Source of the DNA: a virus
Taxonomy: Duplodnaviria > Caudoviricetes
Virus record (IMG/VR): IMGVR_UViG_3300043015_001060
Span: 1-58,615 of that record
DNA: 58,615 nt
Reading direction: 5' to 3' (one strand)
Made by a program: the position numbers and the translations under genes
Part shown: piece by piece, positions 38,816 through 47,832 of the stretch
Position numbering within the stretch: the stretch's first letter is position 1
Layout: every line of letters starts with the position of its first letter
Notes under the pieces: generated by a model
Seen by the model: the letters and a program-made list of their open reading frames with translations, nothing else
What the model was told of the DNA's origin: nothing
The model's database searches: none

Positions 38816-39589
38816 ATGTCAAAAAGAAAATTTAGAATAGAAGGCGGAAGATACGGAGGAGAACTTGTTTTAGGAGAAGTTAATCCAATATTTGCAAGTT
38901 ATTATGCAGAACTAGATGATACTAGTGAACTTATAGATGCAGTATTAGAATCAGAAGATTGGGAAGAAGGAGATGATAATTCAGATGCATTATTAGATCC
39001 TGAAGGTCCACCTCATCCTGCACTACCAGGTGAAGATTTTTATATGTGGGAAAACGATGAATTTGAACACATTAATAGTGCCTACGCAGATGGAGGCTTT
39101 ACAGTATATGAAGTTCCGGCAGATGGTTCCGATGATTGGGACTACGAAAATGAAGTATATGAAGGAGAAGCAATTCATGTTTATGGCAGAGAAGGCGGCC
39201 TCTTTAATACCGATGAAGAACCGGAAGTAATCAATGAAGAAGATGAAGACGGCAACAAATATGTGCCTGTTTTAATGTTCCACAGTTGTGAGAAAGGTTC
39301 TTTTGGTGCTTGGTTTGTAGAAACAGATGGCGAAGATTTTGATGAGTTTAAATTAGGTATGGGTGTAGTAGAAACAAATTTAGGTGAATTTGTTGATGCT
39401 GTATTTTACAATAAAGTAGAATTAGACTGTGATTACGATTACAATGACACTACCGGTAAAAGTTATGATGCACAAGTAGGTTGGTTAAATACTAAGTGGC
39501 ATGACAGTCAAGATCTTATTCATGAAAACTTAGATGAATACCTTGCAGAGTTTGACGATAATGCAGAATGGGAAAGAGAAAATAGATGA
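38816..39589 (+). CDS. highly acidic hypothetical protein
   Basis: GGAGG RBS; D/E-rich. Confidence 0.75.
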   Translation: MSKRKFRIEGGRYGGELVLGEVNPIFASYYAELDDTSELIDAVLESEDWEEGDDNSDALLDPEGPPHPALPGEDFYMWENDEFEHINSAYADGGFTVYEVPADGSDDWDYENEVYEGEAIHVYGREGGLFNTDEEPEVINEEDEDGNKYVPVLMFHSCEKGSFGAWFVETDGEDFDEFKLGMGVVETNLGEFVDAVFYNKVELDCDYDYNDTTGKSYDAQVGWLNTKWHDSQDLIHENLDEYLAEFDDNAEWERENR

Positions 39590-40386
39590 AAAGAATTTTA
39601 ATTTGTGGTTTACCTGGTTCAGGTAAATCTACTCTAGCAAAACGTCTTGTTGAAACATTAGGTAATGCAATGTGGCATAATGCTGATGATATCAGGGAAC
39701 TTTTTAATGATTGGGATTTTTCGCCGCAAGGTAGAGAAAGACAAATGAAAAGAATGACCGATTATTGTTTGAAAACTGTAGGTAATGGTAATTATGCTGT
39801 TGCTGATTTTGTTTGCCCTACTAATGAATTAAGAAGAAAATTTAATCCTGAGTATGTAATATGGATGGATACTATTGAAGAAGGTAGATTTGAAGATACA
39901 AATAAAATTTTTGAAAAACCAGATGCAACTATTAATGTAGATGTTGTAATTAGAAAAGAAGATTGGTGGACTCAAGAAGCAGTAGAAAAAATAGCAAGGC
40001 TAATTGCTGTAGATATAAAAGACCCTAATTTTCATCCTAAGAAACCTACTACCCAAATGCTAGGGCGATTTCAACCATTTCATGAAGGTCATAAAAAGTT
40101 ATTTGAAAGAGCATTAGCAAAACATGGCCAAGTGGCAATACTGGTCAGAGACATGCCTTTAAGTGATAGTAATCCCTGGACCCCTGAAGATATTTGTGAA
40201 AATATAGAACAAGAACTCTATGAACATGCAGGTAAATTTAGGTGCTATCCTGTGCCAAATATTATGAATATTACTTACGGCAGAGGCGTAGGTTATAAGA
40301 TTGAAGAGGAAGTTCTCGATGAGGAAACACAACAAATTAGTGCAACTAAGATTCGAGAGCAGATGAGAAAGGATGGAGAACTATAA
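39586..40386 (+). CDS. adenylylsulfate-kinase-like domain fused to an HxGH nucleotidyltransferase
   Basis: GLPGSGKST, NADDIR, DFSPQGR, FVCP, FEKP; then GRFQPFHEGH...ISATKIR. Confidence 0.8.
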   Translation: MKRILICGLPGSGKSTLAKRLVETLGNAMWHNADDIRELFNDWDFSPQGRERQMKRMTDYCLKTVGNGNYAVADFVCPTNELRRKFNPEYVIWMDTIEEGRFEDTNKIFEKPDATINVDVVIRKEDWWTQEAVEKIARLIAVDIKDPNFHPKKPTTQMLGRFQPFHEGHKKLFERALAKHGQVAILVRDMPLSDSNPWTPEDICENIEQELYEHAGKFRCYPVPNIMNITYGRGVGYKIEEEVLDEETQQISATKIREQMRKDGEL

Positions 40387-40630
40387 CCATCCTGCTTATA
40401 CAAGGTATCCACATTTGAAACCATTACCCACTGAAGCAGAATATACAGATTGGGTTAAATGGTTTGCTTGGAAACCTGTAACTTTGCTTTCTGGAAAGAA
40501 AGTATGGCTACAAAAAATATATAAAAGAGAAAGGACGGTACAATGGGTACCTCCTACTTTCCCTGAAGGATCGTTTGATCGTATTGAATATTCTACTTGG
40601 GAAGACATAATGGAAAACAAATTTAAATAA
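40373..40630 (+). CDS. hypothetical protein
   Basis: WVKWFAWKPV motif; overlaps the upstream gene. Confidence 0.65.
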   Translation: MENYNHPAYTRYPHLKPLPTEAEYTDWVKWFAWKPVTLLSGKKVWLQKIYKRERTVQWVPPTFPEGSFDRIEYSTWEDIMENKFK

Positions 40631-40642
40631 GGAAAACAAAAT

Positions 40643-41740
40643 ATGTATCAATTTACAAGTGAAAGTGTCAGTGAAGGGCATCCAGATAAAATAGCAGACT
40701 TGATATCCGATAAAGTAGCAACATACTTGCTGAATAATGAAATTAATAATAGGACAGCAATTGAAACGTTAGTTACAACCAATATGGTTACATTGGCAGG
40801 AGAATATAAAACTAATATAGAAGTTGATAATAACTACATAGACGAAATCGTTAGACAAACAGTTAAAGAAATAGGTTACGAACAAACAGGGTTTCATTGG
40901 AAGAATTTAAAAATCTATAATGAACTACATGGCCAAAGCGAAGACATTGCATTAGGTACAGACTCATTTGGGGCAGGCGATCAAGGAATAATGTTTGGAT
41001 ATGCATGTAATGAAAATGAACATTACATGCCATCACCACTAATATACTGTCATAAAATTTTAGAATCTTTAAGTGATAGTAGAAAAAATGATTCTGAATA
41101 TAGCATTATTAGACCAGACAGCAAAGCACAGATAACATTTAACTATGCAAATACAGGCGAACCTATCGACATTGATAAAGTATTAGTTAGTACTCAACAC
41201 AGCGAAGATAGTACACAGGATCAAGTAAAAGAACTAGTTCACAAAACAATTAGTAAAGTAGTACCAAATGAATTACTAAAAAATGCTGAGTACTTAATAA
41301 ATCCAACTGGTAGATTTGTTATCGGTGGACCAGATGGAGATACTGGACTTACTGGAAGAAAAATTATTGTTGATACTTATGGAGGAGCCGCACCTCATGG
41401 TGGCGGAGCATTTAGTGGTAAAGATCCTTCTAAAGTTGATAGAAGTGCGGCTTATATGGCTAGATGGATAGCAAAAAATATTGTTAAACGATATAATTTT
41501 AAGAATGTATTAGTTCAAATAAGTTATGCTATAGGAGTTGTGCAACCAACATCATTAGTAATCTTTACTGATGGTAAGATAAATGAAAATATAATCCAAC
41601 AGGTAAAAGATCAAGTAGATTTATCTCCGTTAGGTATTATACAAAGATTTGGATTAGGTTGTCCTACACCACTAGACATTAGTACTAACTATGGACATTT
41701 TGGTAAAGATCATTTACCATGGGAAAGAGATGATTTATAA
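40643..41740 (+). CDS. metK: S-adenosylmethionine synthetase
   Basis: FTSESVSEGHPDK, GAGDQG, GGPDGDTGLTGRKIIVDTYGG, GGGAFSGKDPSKVDRS. Confidence 0.98.
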   Translation: MYQFTSESVSEGHPDKIADLISDKVATYLLNNEINNRTAIETLVTTNMVTLAGEYKTNIEVDNNYIDEIVRQTVKEIGYEQTGFHWKNLKIYNELHGQSEDIALGTDSFGAGDQGIMFGYACNENEHYMPSPLIYCHKILESLSDSRKNDSEYSIIRPDSKAQITFNYANTGEPIDIDKVLVSTQHSEDSTQDQVKELVHKTISKVVPNELLKNAEYLINPTGRFVIGGPDGDTGLTGRKIIVDTYGGAAPHGGGAFSGKDPSKVDRSAAYMARWIAKNIVKRYNFKNVLVQISYAIGVVQPTSLVIFTDGKINENIIQQVKDQVDLSPLGIIQRFGLGCPTPLDISTNYGHFGKDHLPWERDDL

Positions 41741-42269
41741 TTTAAAAGATATTATACGCACAGTACCTGACTATCCTATACCAGGAATACAGTTTAGAGA
41801 TATTACAAGTATTACAGATAATGCCGACGCATTTAGTAGTACAATTATACAATTATCAGTTGCTACAGCAAAATTTAATGCTAACACTATAATTGGTATT
41901 GAAAGTAGAGGATTTGTTTTTGGAGCACCAGTTGCCGCAAAATTTCATTTACCGCATATACTTGCTAGAAAACCTAGCAAATTGCCTAACGAAACATTTA
42001 GTAAACCCTTTAAATTAGAATATGGAGAAACAGAAATACATATACAAAAAATTTCTCCTATAAAAGGTAATGTTGTAATTATAGATGACTTGATTGCAAC
42101 AGGTGGTACTGCTATTGCAACAGCAGACTTAGTTCATGAAAATTGGGGTATACCAAAAGAACATATTCTAATACTTGCAGTAATAGATCTACCAGACCTT
42201 AAAGGAAGTACTATTATTAAAGATCAAGGATACAATGTCGAAACACTTATAGAATTTGATGGAGAATAA
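41730..42269 (+). CDS. apt: adenine phosphoribosyltransferase
   Basis: PDYPIPGIQFRDIT, GIESRGF, LEYG, IIDDLIATGGT. Confidence 0.95.
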   Translation: MIYNLKDIIRTVPDYPIPGIQFRDITSITDNADAFSSTIIQLSVATAKFNANTIIGIESRGFVFGAPVAAKFHLPHILARKPSKLPNETFSKPFKLEYGETEIHIQKISPIKGNVVIIDDLIATGGTAIATADLVHENWGIPKEHILILAVIDLPDLKGSTIIKDQGYNVETLIEFDGE

Positions 42270-42840
42270 AATATTGCTAATAGGTTCTCCTAGAACGGGA
42301 GGACATAGTGTATTAGAAAACTTAACAAGCAATGAACATAGAAACTTTGGCGAAATTTTATTTTGTAAAGAACAAGAAGATTGTAAAAGTATTATCGAAA
42401 GTAGAATACAAGAATATAATTTAAGCAAAAAATGTATAGCAAAAGTTATACCCGGCCAAACACCATTTGATAGAAAATTTATTAAACGACAATGTTTTAA
42501 ATTATGTGAAATGGCAGATACACTATATTATACTCAACGAGAGTCGATAACAGATCAAGTAATTAGTTATGCAGTAGCATGTAAACAATTTGATATCAAT
42601 GATGTTAGTCCATGGAGATCTAATAGAAAGTTGTATAGCGAACAGTTATCGAATAATGATTTAGATAAAGCATTTGACAATTTAAGTTTTTATAGTAAAC
42701 TAGTATTAGAGATATATAAAGAATATCCTGGTCAAGTTTTTACATTAGAAGATGATTTAGAATATAACCCGTACCCAAATAGGTACACATATAATGGAGA
42801 CTGGCAACCTCCGTATAATTTTAGGATGTTAGATGGCTAA
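42259..42840 (+). CDS. sulfotransferase-like P-loop protein
   Basis: LIGSPRTGG resembles the 5'-PSB loop, plus FGEIL and QRESITDQVIS. Confidence 0.55.
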   Translation: MENKILLIGSPRTGGHSVLENLTSNEHRNFGEILFCKEQEDCKSIIESRIQEYNLSKKCIAKVIPGQTPFDRKFIKRQCFKLCEMADTLYYTQRESITDQVISYAVACKQFDINDVSPWRSNRKLYSEQLSNNDLDKAFDNLSFYSKLVLEIYKEYPGQVFTLEDDLEYNPYPNRYTYNGDWQPPYNFRMLDG

Positions 42841-43300
42841 GAAACCACAACTACCGCTAAAAGATGTAATGGCGGCAATAGATAAAAAAAATAAAAGTTT
42901 TTACACAAATCTTAGTGATGAACAAAAGAAAGCCTTTAGTGCCTGGATGATGATGAGATACTGTAGTAGTGTACAAGGTAAACATGCGGCCAATTACATT
43001 TATATGACAAATGAATTAGTTAATTTACAATTTAGTGAAGTTAGCAAACATCCAGAATTGCAGTGGTTATTATTAAGTGCATGTGGTAGCGGAAAAGTTG
43101 AATTTCACCCTTATATAAAACCTCCACATTCAAAAAAGAAAAAGAACAAAGTATTTAATTTTATGAAAGAACTATTACCAGATGTAAAAGATGATGACTT
43201 AGAAGTTCTTATCAGTATCAATGTAAAAGATGATTTAAAAGAATTTGCTAAAAGAAATGGCTGTGATGATAAAACAATAAAAGATGTCTTTGGAAAGTAA
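42833..43300 (+). CDS. clamp loader small subunit-like (gp62-like)
   Basis: FSAWMMMRYCS...TNELVN...HPELQW...FHPYIK; replication gene context. Confidence 0.5.
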   Translation: MAKKPQLPLKDVMAAIDKKNKSFYTNLSDEQKKAFSAWMMMRYCSSVQGKHAANYIYMTNELVNLQFSEVSKHPELQWLLLSACGSGKVEFHPYIKPPHSKKKKNKVFNFMKELLPDVKDDDLEVLISINVKDDLKEFAKRNGCDDKTIKDVFGK

Positions 43301-43967
43301 TAAATGTAAATGGTGCAGTAAGTCGTTTATGAACGAACGCACTCTATCGGCTCATATGTGCGTCAAAAAAAGACGTTGGGCAGATAAAGATCTTACACAT
43401 ACAAGATTAGCATTTAGGGTATTTCAAATGTTTTATGATTTAAATACATCAGCAACAAAAATAAAAACACAGGAAGAGTTCATACAGAGTCAGTACTATG
43501 AAGGTTTTGTAAAATTTGGTAGAAGTTGTGTTACAAATGAATATTTAAATCCAGAGCAGTTTGCAGAATGGTTAATAAAAAATGGTAAGAAATTAGCAGA
43601 CTGGAGCAAAGACAAACTATATGATGAATATCTATTAGCATACATTAAAAAAGAGCCAGGCATGAAAGCATTAGAACGAACAATTATGTATTTGGCAAAA
43701 TGGAGTGAAGAAAATAATTTAGATTGGACTGAATATTTTAAAGAAGTGTCTACACCTAGAGCAGTCTATGATATTAGAAGTGCAAAAGTATCTCCTTGGA
43801 TGTTATACTTATGTGACACCGGTGATGAATTACTTACAAGATTTAGTGACGAGCAAGTAAAAATAATAGAGGATATAATTAGTGCGCCGTTTTGGATGAA
43901 ACTCTTTACACAAAATAAAGAAGAAGTTTCAGAAGTAAAACAAGCATGTTCAATAGCAGGTATATAA
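43284..43967 (+). CDS. protein with an N-terminal zinc finger
   Basis: CKWCSKSF...LSAHMC. Confidence 0.65.
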   Translation: MSLESNKCKWCSKSFMNERTLSAHMCVKKRRWADKDLTHTRLAFRVFQMFYDLNTSATKIKTQEEFIQSQYYEGFVKFGRSCVTNEYLNPEQFAEWLIKNGKKLADWSKDKLYDEYLLAYIKKEPGMKALERTIMYLAKWSEENNLDWTEYFKEVSTPRAVYDIRSAKVSPWMLYLCDTGDELLTRFSDEQVKIIEDIISAPFWMKLFTQNKEEVSEVKQACSIAGI

Positions 43968-44219
43968 ATGAAAAAACGAGAAGAAATGTTAGTAATCACA
44001 ATGGAAGAATGTGGAGAACTCATTCAAGCATGTAGCAAAATGATAAGATTTGACGAACCATGTGATTATAAACAATTACAAGATGAAATCGGTGATGTCA
44101 TGTGTATGATAGATATACTTAAAAATGGCGGCCTTGTTACTGATGAGCAAATACAAAAACGTATGGCAGTTAAAAAAGAAAAACTAATGAAGTGGAGTTT
44201 ATTGTTCAGTGAAGATTGA
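43968..44219 (+). CDS. MazG-like NTP pyrophosphohydrolase
   Basis: MEECGELIQA...LQDEIGDV. Confidence 0.8.
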   Translation: MKKREEMLVITMEECGELIQACSKMIRFDEPCDYKQLQDEIGDVMCMIDILKNGGLVTDEQIQKRMAVKKEKLMKWSLLFSED

Positions 44220-44793
44220 TTTTGATGTAGATATCGATATGGCTAACAGAGATGACTTTCTCAAGTTAGTTAATGTCACACCTGCAAGTATTGAAAAGGA
44301 TGGTAAGTTTACCAAGCACAATACTGGTGTCTACTTTCAAAATATTCCAAAGTTTCCACTAGAAGGCTATAGTACAATAGATCATAAACAAGCAGAACAA
44401 GACGGCTGGTTTAAATTAGATGTACTTAATAACCATGTTTATAAAGAAATAGAGAATGAGCAACACTTAGATAAACTGATAGAAACAGAACCTATGTGGG
44501 AATTATTCCAGCATAAGGAAATAGTTGACCAACTGTTCCATATAAACAAACATTTTGATATTATACAACAACATTTACCTAACAGCATAGAGCAACTAGC
44601 AATGATACTTGCTATGATAAGACCAGGTAAACGTCATTTGGTTGGAAAGGATTGGAAGGATATTGAAAAAGATGTTTGGGTCAAACCAGCAGATGATAGT
44701 TACTTTTTTAAGAAAAGTCATAGTTATGGATATGCTTTAGCAATAATAGTACAATTAAATTTGATTGTTGAGACTGCTAGTCAATCTTCCTAA
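44209..44793 (+). CDS. miniature DNA polymerase III alpha (family C)-like protein
   Basis: FDVDIDM, KHNTGVY, FKLDVL, LAMIRPG and YFFKKSHSYGY occur in DnaE order within 194 aa. Confidence 0.8.
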   Translation: MKIDFDVDIDMANRDDFLKLVNVTPASIEKDGKFTKHNTGVYFQNIPKFPLEGYSTIDHKQAEQDGWFKLDVLNNHVYKEIENEQHLDKLIETEPMWELFQHKEIVDQLFHINKHFDIIQQHLPNSIEQLAMILAMIRPGKRHLVGKDWKDIEKDVWVKPADDSYFFKKSHSYGYALAIIVQLNLIVETASQSS

Positions 44794-45157
44794 TTAGTTG
44801 AATACCTCTTCGCTTTATTCTTTTTCTAATTAAATTTTGTAGGCTTGTAGTTGGACCAAAGATAATTTCTATATCTTTCATTATAAATGTTCGCAAGTAC
44901 TTTTTAAATGGTTGCATCTCATGATGTAAAAAAACATCAATAGGTAACTGTCTATTAGACTCCCACCACCATACTTCACCTAACTCTAAAAAAAGTTTTT
45001 TAATTTCTTTATCTTGTATTCGATCTAGATCATAAAATGTCATAATAGAATTATCATGATTAATTACTATGCCTATGAATTCTTGGTCACTATATGTAAT
45101 ACCGGTTAGGAAAGGATATCGTTCTTGCGTTTCTTTTATTAAAGTCTCTTTATCCAC
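44777..45157 (-). CDS. hypothetical protein
   Basis: GTG start 5 nt after TATAAATA (45163-45170, minus strand). Confidence 0.7.
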   Translation of the reverse strand: MDKETLIKETQERYPFLTGITYSDQEFIGIVINHDNSIMTFYDLDRIQDKEIKKLFLELGEVWWWESNRQLPIDVFLHHEMQPFKKYLRTFIMKDIEIIFGPTTSLQNLIRKRIKRRGIQLIRKID

Positions 45158-45162
45158 AAAAG

Positions 45163-45187
45163 TATTTATAATCTAGAATGATAAATA
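45163..45187. promoter_or_regulatory. divergent pair of late promoters
   Basis: TATTTATA at 45163-45170 and GATAAATA at 45180-45187. Confidence 0.7.
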
Positions 45188-45211
45188 CTGTAATATAAAG
45201 AGTTTAAATTT

Positions 45212-46015
45212 ATGAGTTTTAGCGATAATAGATTATATCTTTACGAAGATTACATTGATTTGGTTATCGATACCAACGGATTATATGTGGATAATAGGCC
45301 TATGAACAATAGAAAATTAATTGCCCATAAGGGATTAAGCAACGAAATATTTTTTAATATTAGAAATAGAGATAGAAAGTTACAAAATGTGTTTAGCGAC
45401 ATATTAACTGCAACACTAATAAATCCTACAACTAAAAGAAGATTTTTTTATAAAACATTAGAACATACAAGTGATGTAGGTATATCAAAATTAGTTTTAG
45501 ACGAAGGAGATCTCAGAGATATTGATGCAGGGTTATACACAATTTACATTGCTAGAAGGCAATCTGATAGTTCAGATTATCCTGTATACTCTGATCAAAA
45601 CAGCAATTTAGTATTTAATATAGAAATATCAGAACAAATAGATCAAAGTCCAGTTGAAACACAAATAGGGAATACTTTTTTACAAACATCGAGTACATCG
45701 GCAGGCGACGCCGCTAATGTATTTGTGAGTTCTGCATTTAAAGGCAACCAAGATCGAAACTTTTCACATGCATTACATTCTATAGCAATATATCCAGATA
45801 CTTATACTGGTAAATTTGACGTTCAGGCAAGTTGCATAGAAAATGCACCAAGTAGCGATGAAACAAGTAGTGATTGGTTTAATATAGAAAGTAATATAAG
45901 TATATCCGCTTCTAGTGATATCTACCATAAAACATTTACTATAAATGCAAATTGGATTAGAATTAAACATACACCAACCTCTGGTAATATCTCCCAAGTA
46001 CAAGTTAGAAACTAG
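45212..46015 (+). CDS. late, beta-rich putative structural protein
   Basis: Late promoter upstream; beta-sandwich-like sequence pattern. Confidence 0.55.
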   Translation: MSFSDNRLYLYEDYIDLVIDTNGLYVDNRPMNNRKLIAHKGLSNEIFFNIRNRDRKLQNVFSDILTATLINPTTKRRFFYKTLEHTSDVGISKLVLDEGDLRDIDAGLYTIYIARRQSDSSDYPVYSDQNSNLVFNIEISEQIDQSPVETQIGNTFLQTSSTSAGDAANVFVSSAFKGNQDRNFSHALHSIAIYPDTYTGKFDVQASCIENAPSSDETSSDWFNIESNISISASSDIYHKTFTINANWIRIKHTPTSGNISQVQVRN

Positions 46016-46044
46016 TTGACTTTTCTCTAATATTCCTGTATAAT
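46016..46044 (+). promoter_or_regulatory. sigma70-type promoter
   Basis: TTGACT-N17-TATAAT, 6 nt before the primase ATG. Confidence 0.75.
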
Positions 46045-46050
46045 ACACTT

Positions 46051-47028
46051 ATGGATATAGACTTTCTCGTAGAACGAGTACATCGCCTTCTTTTAGATAA
46101 CTTGCCTGTAAAAACAAGCAGAACGCCTAGTGGATGGATGACAATGAACTGTCCTATGTGTAATGATAAAAGAAAAAGAGGCGGCATAATTACTAGTGGT
46201 GCGAGAATAAGTTATAACTGTTTTAATTGTAATTTCTCTACTGGATGGGCACCTGGGCCAAGTTTAGGTAAAAAATATAAAGATCTTGCAGGACAATTAG
46301 GTGTAACAACAGATGAAATACATAAAGTTACAATTGAACTGCTTAAACACAGCGAACTTTTAGAAACAGAAGAAACCACAGATTATATCTACAATTTACA
46401 AAAGTTTAAAACAGAAGACTTACCAGCAAATGCTATGGCAGTTGATGATTTAGAAGACAATCATCCTGTTAAAATGTATGCGGTAAAAAGGGGACTACTA
46501 GGACTATATCCACTTTTATATTTTAATGAAAATTTATATAAAAAAAGACTAGTAGTGCCCTTTACTTATAATAACGAATTAGTAGGCTGGACTGCAAGGC
46601 ATATAAGTCCGCCAGACAAAAGTACACCTAAATACTTACATAAAATACAGCCTGGATATGTTTTTAATATTGATAGATTTGCTGACAGCAAAAGAGAAAT
46701 AGTTGTTGTAACAGAAGGTGTGTTTGATGCTATACAATTAGATGGTGTAAGTATACAAGGCAATAGTGTAACACCAGAACAAGCACACTTAATTGACAAA
46801 CTAGGTAAACGTGTTATACTTTGTCCGGATAGAGATAATGCAGGTAAAGAATTAATTAATCAAGCATTAGAACTAGGTTGGGAAGTTAGTTTTCCGCCAT
46901 GGCATGCCGATATAAAAGATGCCGATGAAGCAGTAACAATGTATGGTAGATTATTAACATTATCTAGTATTATAAAACATGCTACAGATAATAAATTAAA
47001 AGTTCAAGTAAAGGCAAAAATGTTATGA
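46051..47028 (+). CDS. DNA primase (gp61-like, Zn ribbon + TOPRIM)
   Basis: CPMC...CFNC; VTEGVFDA; PDRDNAG; KDADE. Confidence 0.92.
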   Translation: MDIDFLVERVHRLLLDNLPVKTSRTPSGWMTMNCPMCNDKRKRGGIITSGARISYNCFNCNFSTGWAPGPSLGKKYKDLAGQLGVTTDEIHKVTIELLKHSELLETEETTDYIYNLQKFKTEDLPANAMAVDDLEDNHPVKMYAVKRGLLGLYPLLYFNENLYKKRLVVPFTYNNELVGWTARHISPPDKSTPKYLHKIQPGYVFNIDRFADSKREIVVVTEGVFDAIQLDGVSIQGNSVTPEQAHLIDKLGKRVILCPDRDNAGKELINQALELGWEVSFPPWHADIKDADEAVTMYGRLLTLSSIIKHATDNKLKVQVKAKML

Positions 47029-47183
47029 GAGAAAAAATTAAAAATTGGGCAAATGTTTGTAAATTACATTGGAAAGAAATAGTAACACTATCTATTGCAT
47101 TACATTGGATAGTAGATCTATTAATTCTAGGTCCAATAGTTTTCTTTTTAGGATATATGTTTGGATTGTATACAGGACATTAA
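47025..47183 (+). CDS. 52-aa membrane protein (not in ORF track)
   Basis: MREKIKNWANVCKLHWKEIVTLSIALHWIVDLLILGPIVFFLGYMFGLYTGH; ATGA overlap with the primase stop. Confidence 0.6.
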   Translation: MREKIKNWANVCKLHWKEIVTLSIALHWIVDLLILGPIVFFLGYMFGLYTGH

Positions 47184-47184
47184 T

Positions 47185-47832
47185 ATGAAGTTATATGTAA
47201 ACGGTTGTAGTTTTAGTTACGGTAATACTTTAGAAAACAAATCTGCTTGGCCAGATTTTATGGAAGGTTATGAAGTTATTAATGAAAGTTGGATAGGTAG
47301 CAGTAATAAAAGGATACTTAGACGAACAAAAGAATATATAAAAACTCATGCAGTAAATGATACTATGTTTGTAATACAATTATCAGATTGGTTTAGAGAT
47401 GAATGGTATGATTCAGAATTTGATACTTGGATAGGTATGTGTAAAAATGATGTTGTATTAGATGATTTATCTTATAATAGAAGTGATATTGATATAGATG
47501 AACTTAATAAAAAAGTTACAAGTTTTGTACATCATTCTCTACTACATAGAAGTATTAAGACTGTAGAAGAAGAAACATATAACCTTATTAATTCAATGGT
47601 AGCATTCTTCAATCAACATGAGATACCTTACATGTTTACAGGAATGAGTTCACGTTGTATGCCTGCAGAAAATAATGTAGACATAATTGTACCTACGCAT
47701 TTTGTAAAACCTATAAGTATAATAGCAGGTAATAATGTAATAAGCACCAGCGATAGCCATCCAGACGATGCAGGACATAAACTATTTGCTAGATATATAA
47801 CTAATGAGATAAAGAATTATGAGCGATATTAA
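47185..47832 (+). CDS. SGNH hydrolase-like protein
   Basis: LYVNGCSFSYG, GSSN, DSHPDDAGH; start moved to ATG 47185. Confidence 0.65.
   Translation: MKLYVNGCSFSYGNTLENKSAWPDFMEGYEVINESWIGSSNKRILRRTKEYIKTHAVNDTMFVIQLSDWFRDEWYDSEFDTWIGMCKNDVVLDDLSYNRSDIDIDELNKKVTSFVHHSLLHRSIKTVEEETYNLINSMVAFFNQHEIPYMFTGMSSRCMPAENNVDIIVPTHFVKPISIIAGNNVISTSDSHPDDAGHKLFARYITNEIKNYERY

Noticed and set aside
39586-42269. Host chromosomal contamination (metK, apt)
   Set aside because: Composition matches the flanks, and the genes are overlapped or closely coupled with phage genes.
44209-44793. Pseudogene or split-intein fragment of dnaE
   Set aside because: Motifs from distant parts of DnaE are all present in order in one intact ORF, with no intein ends.
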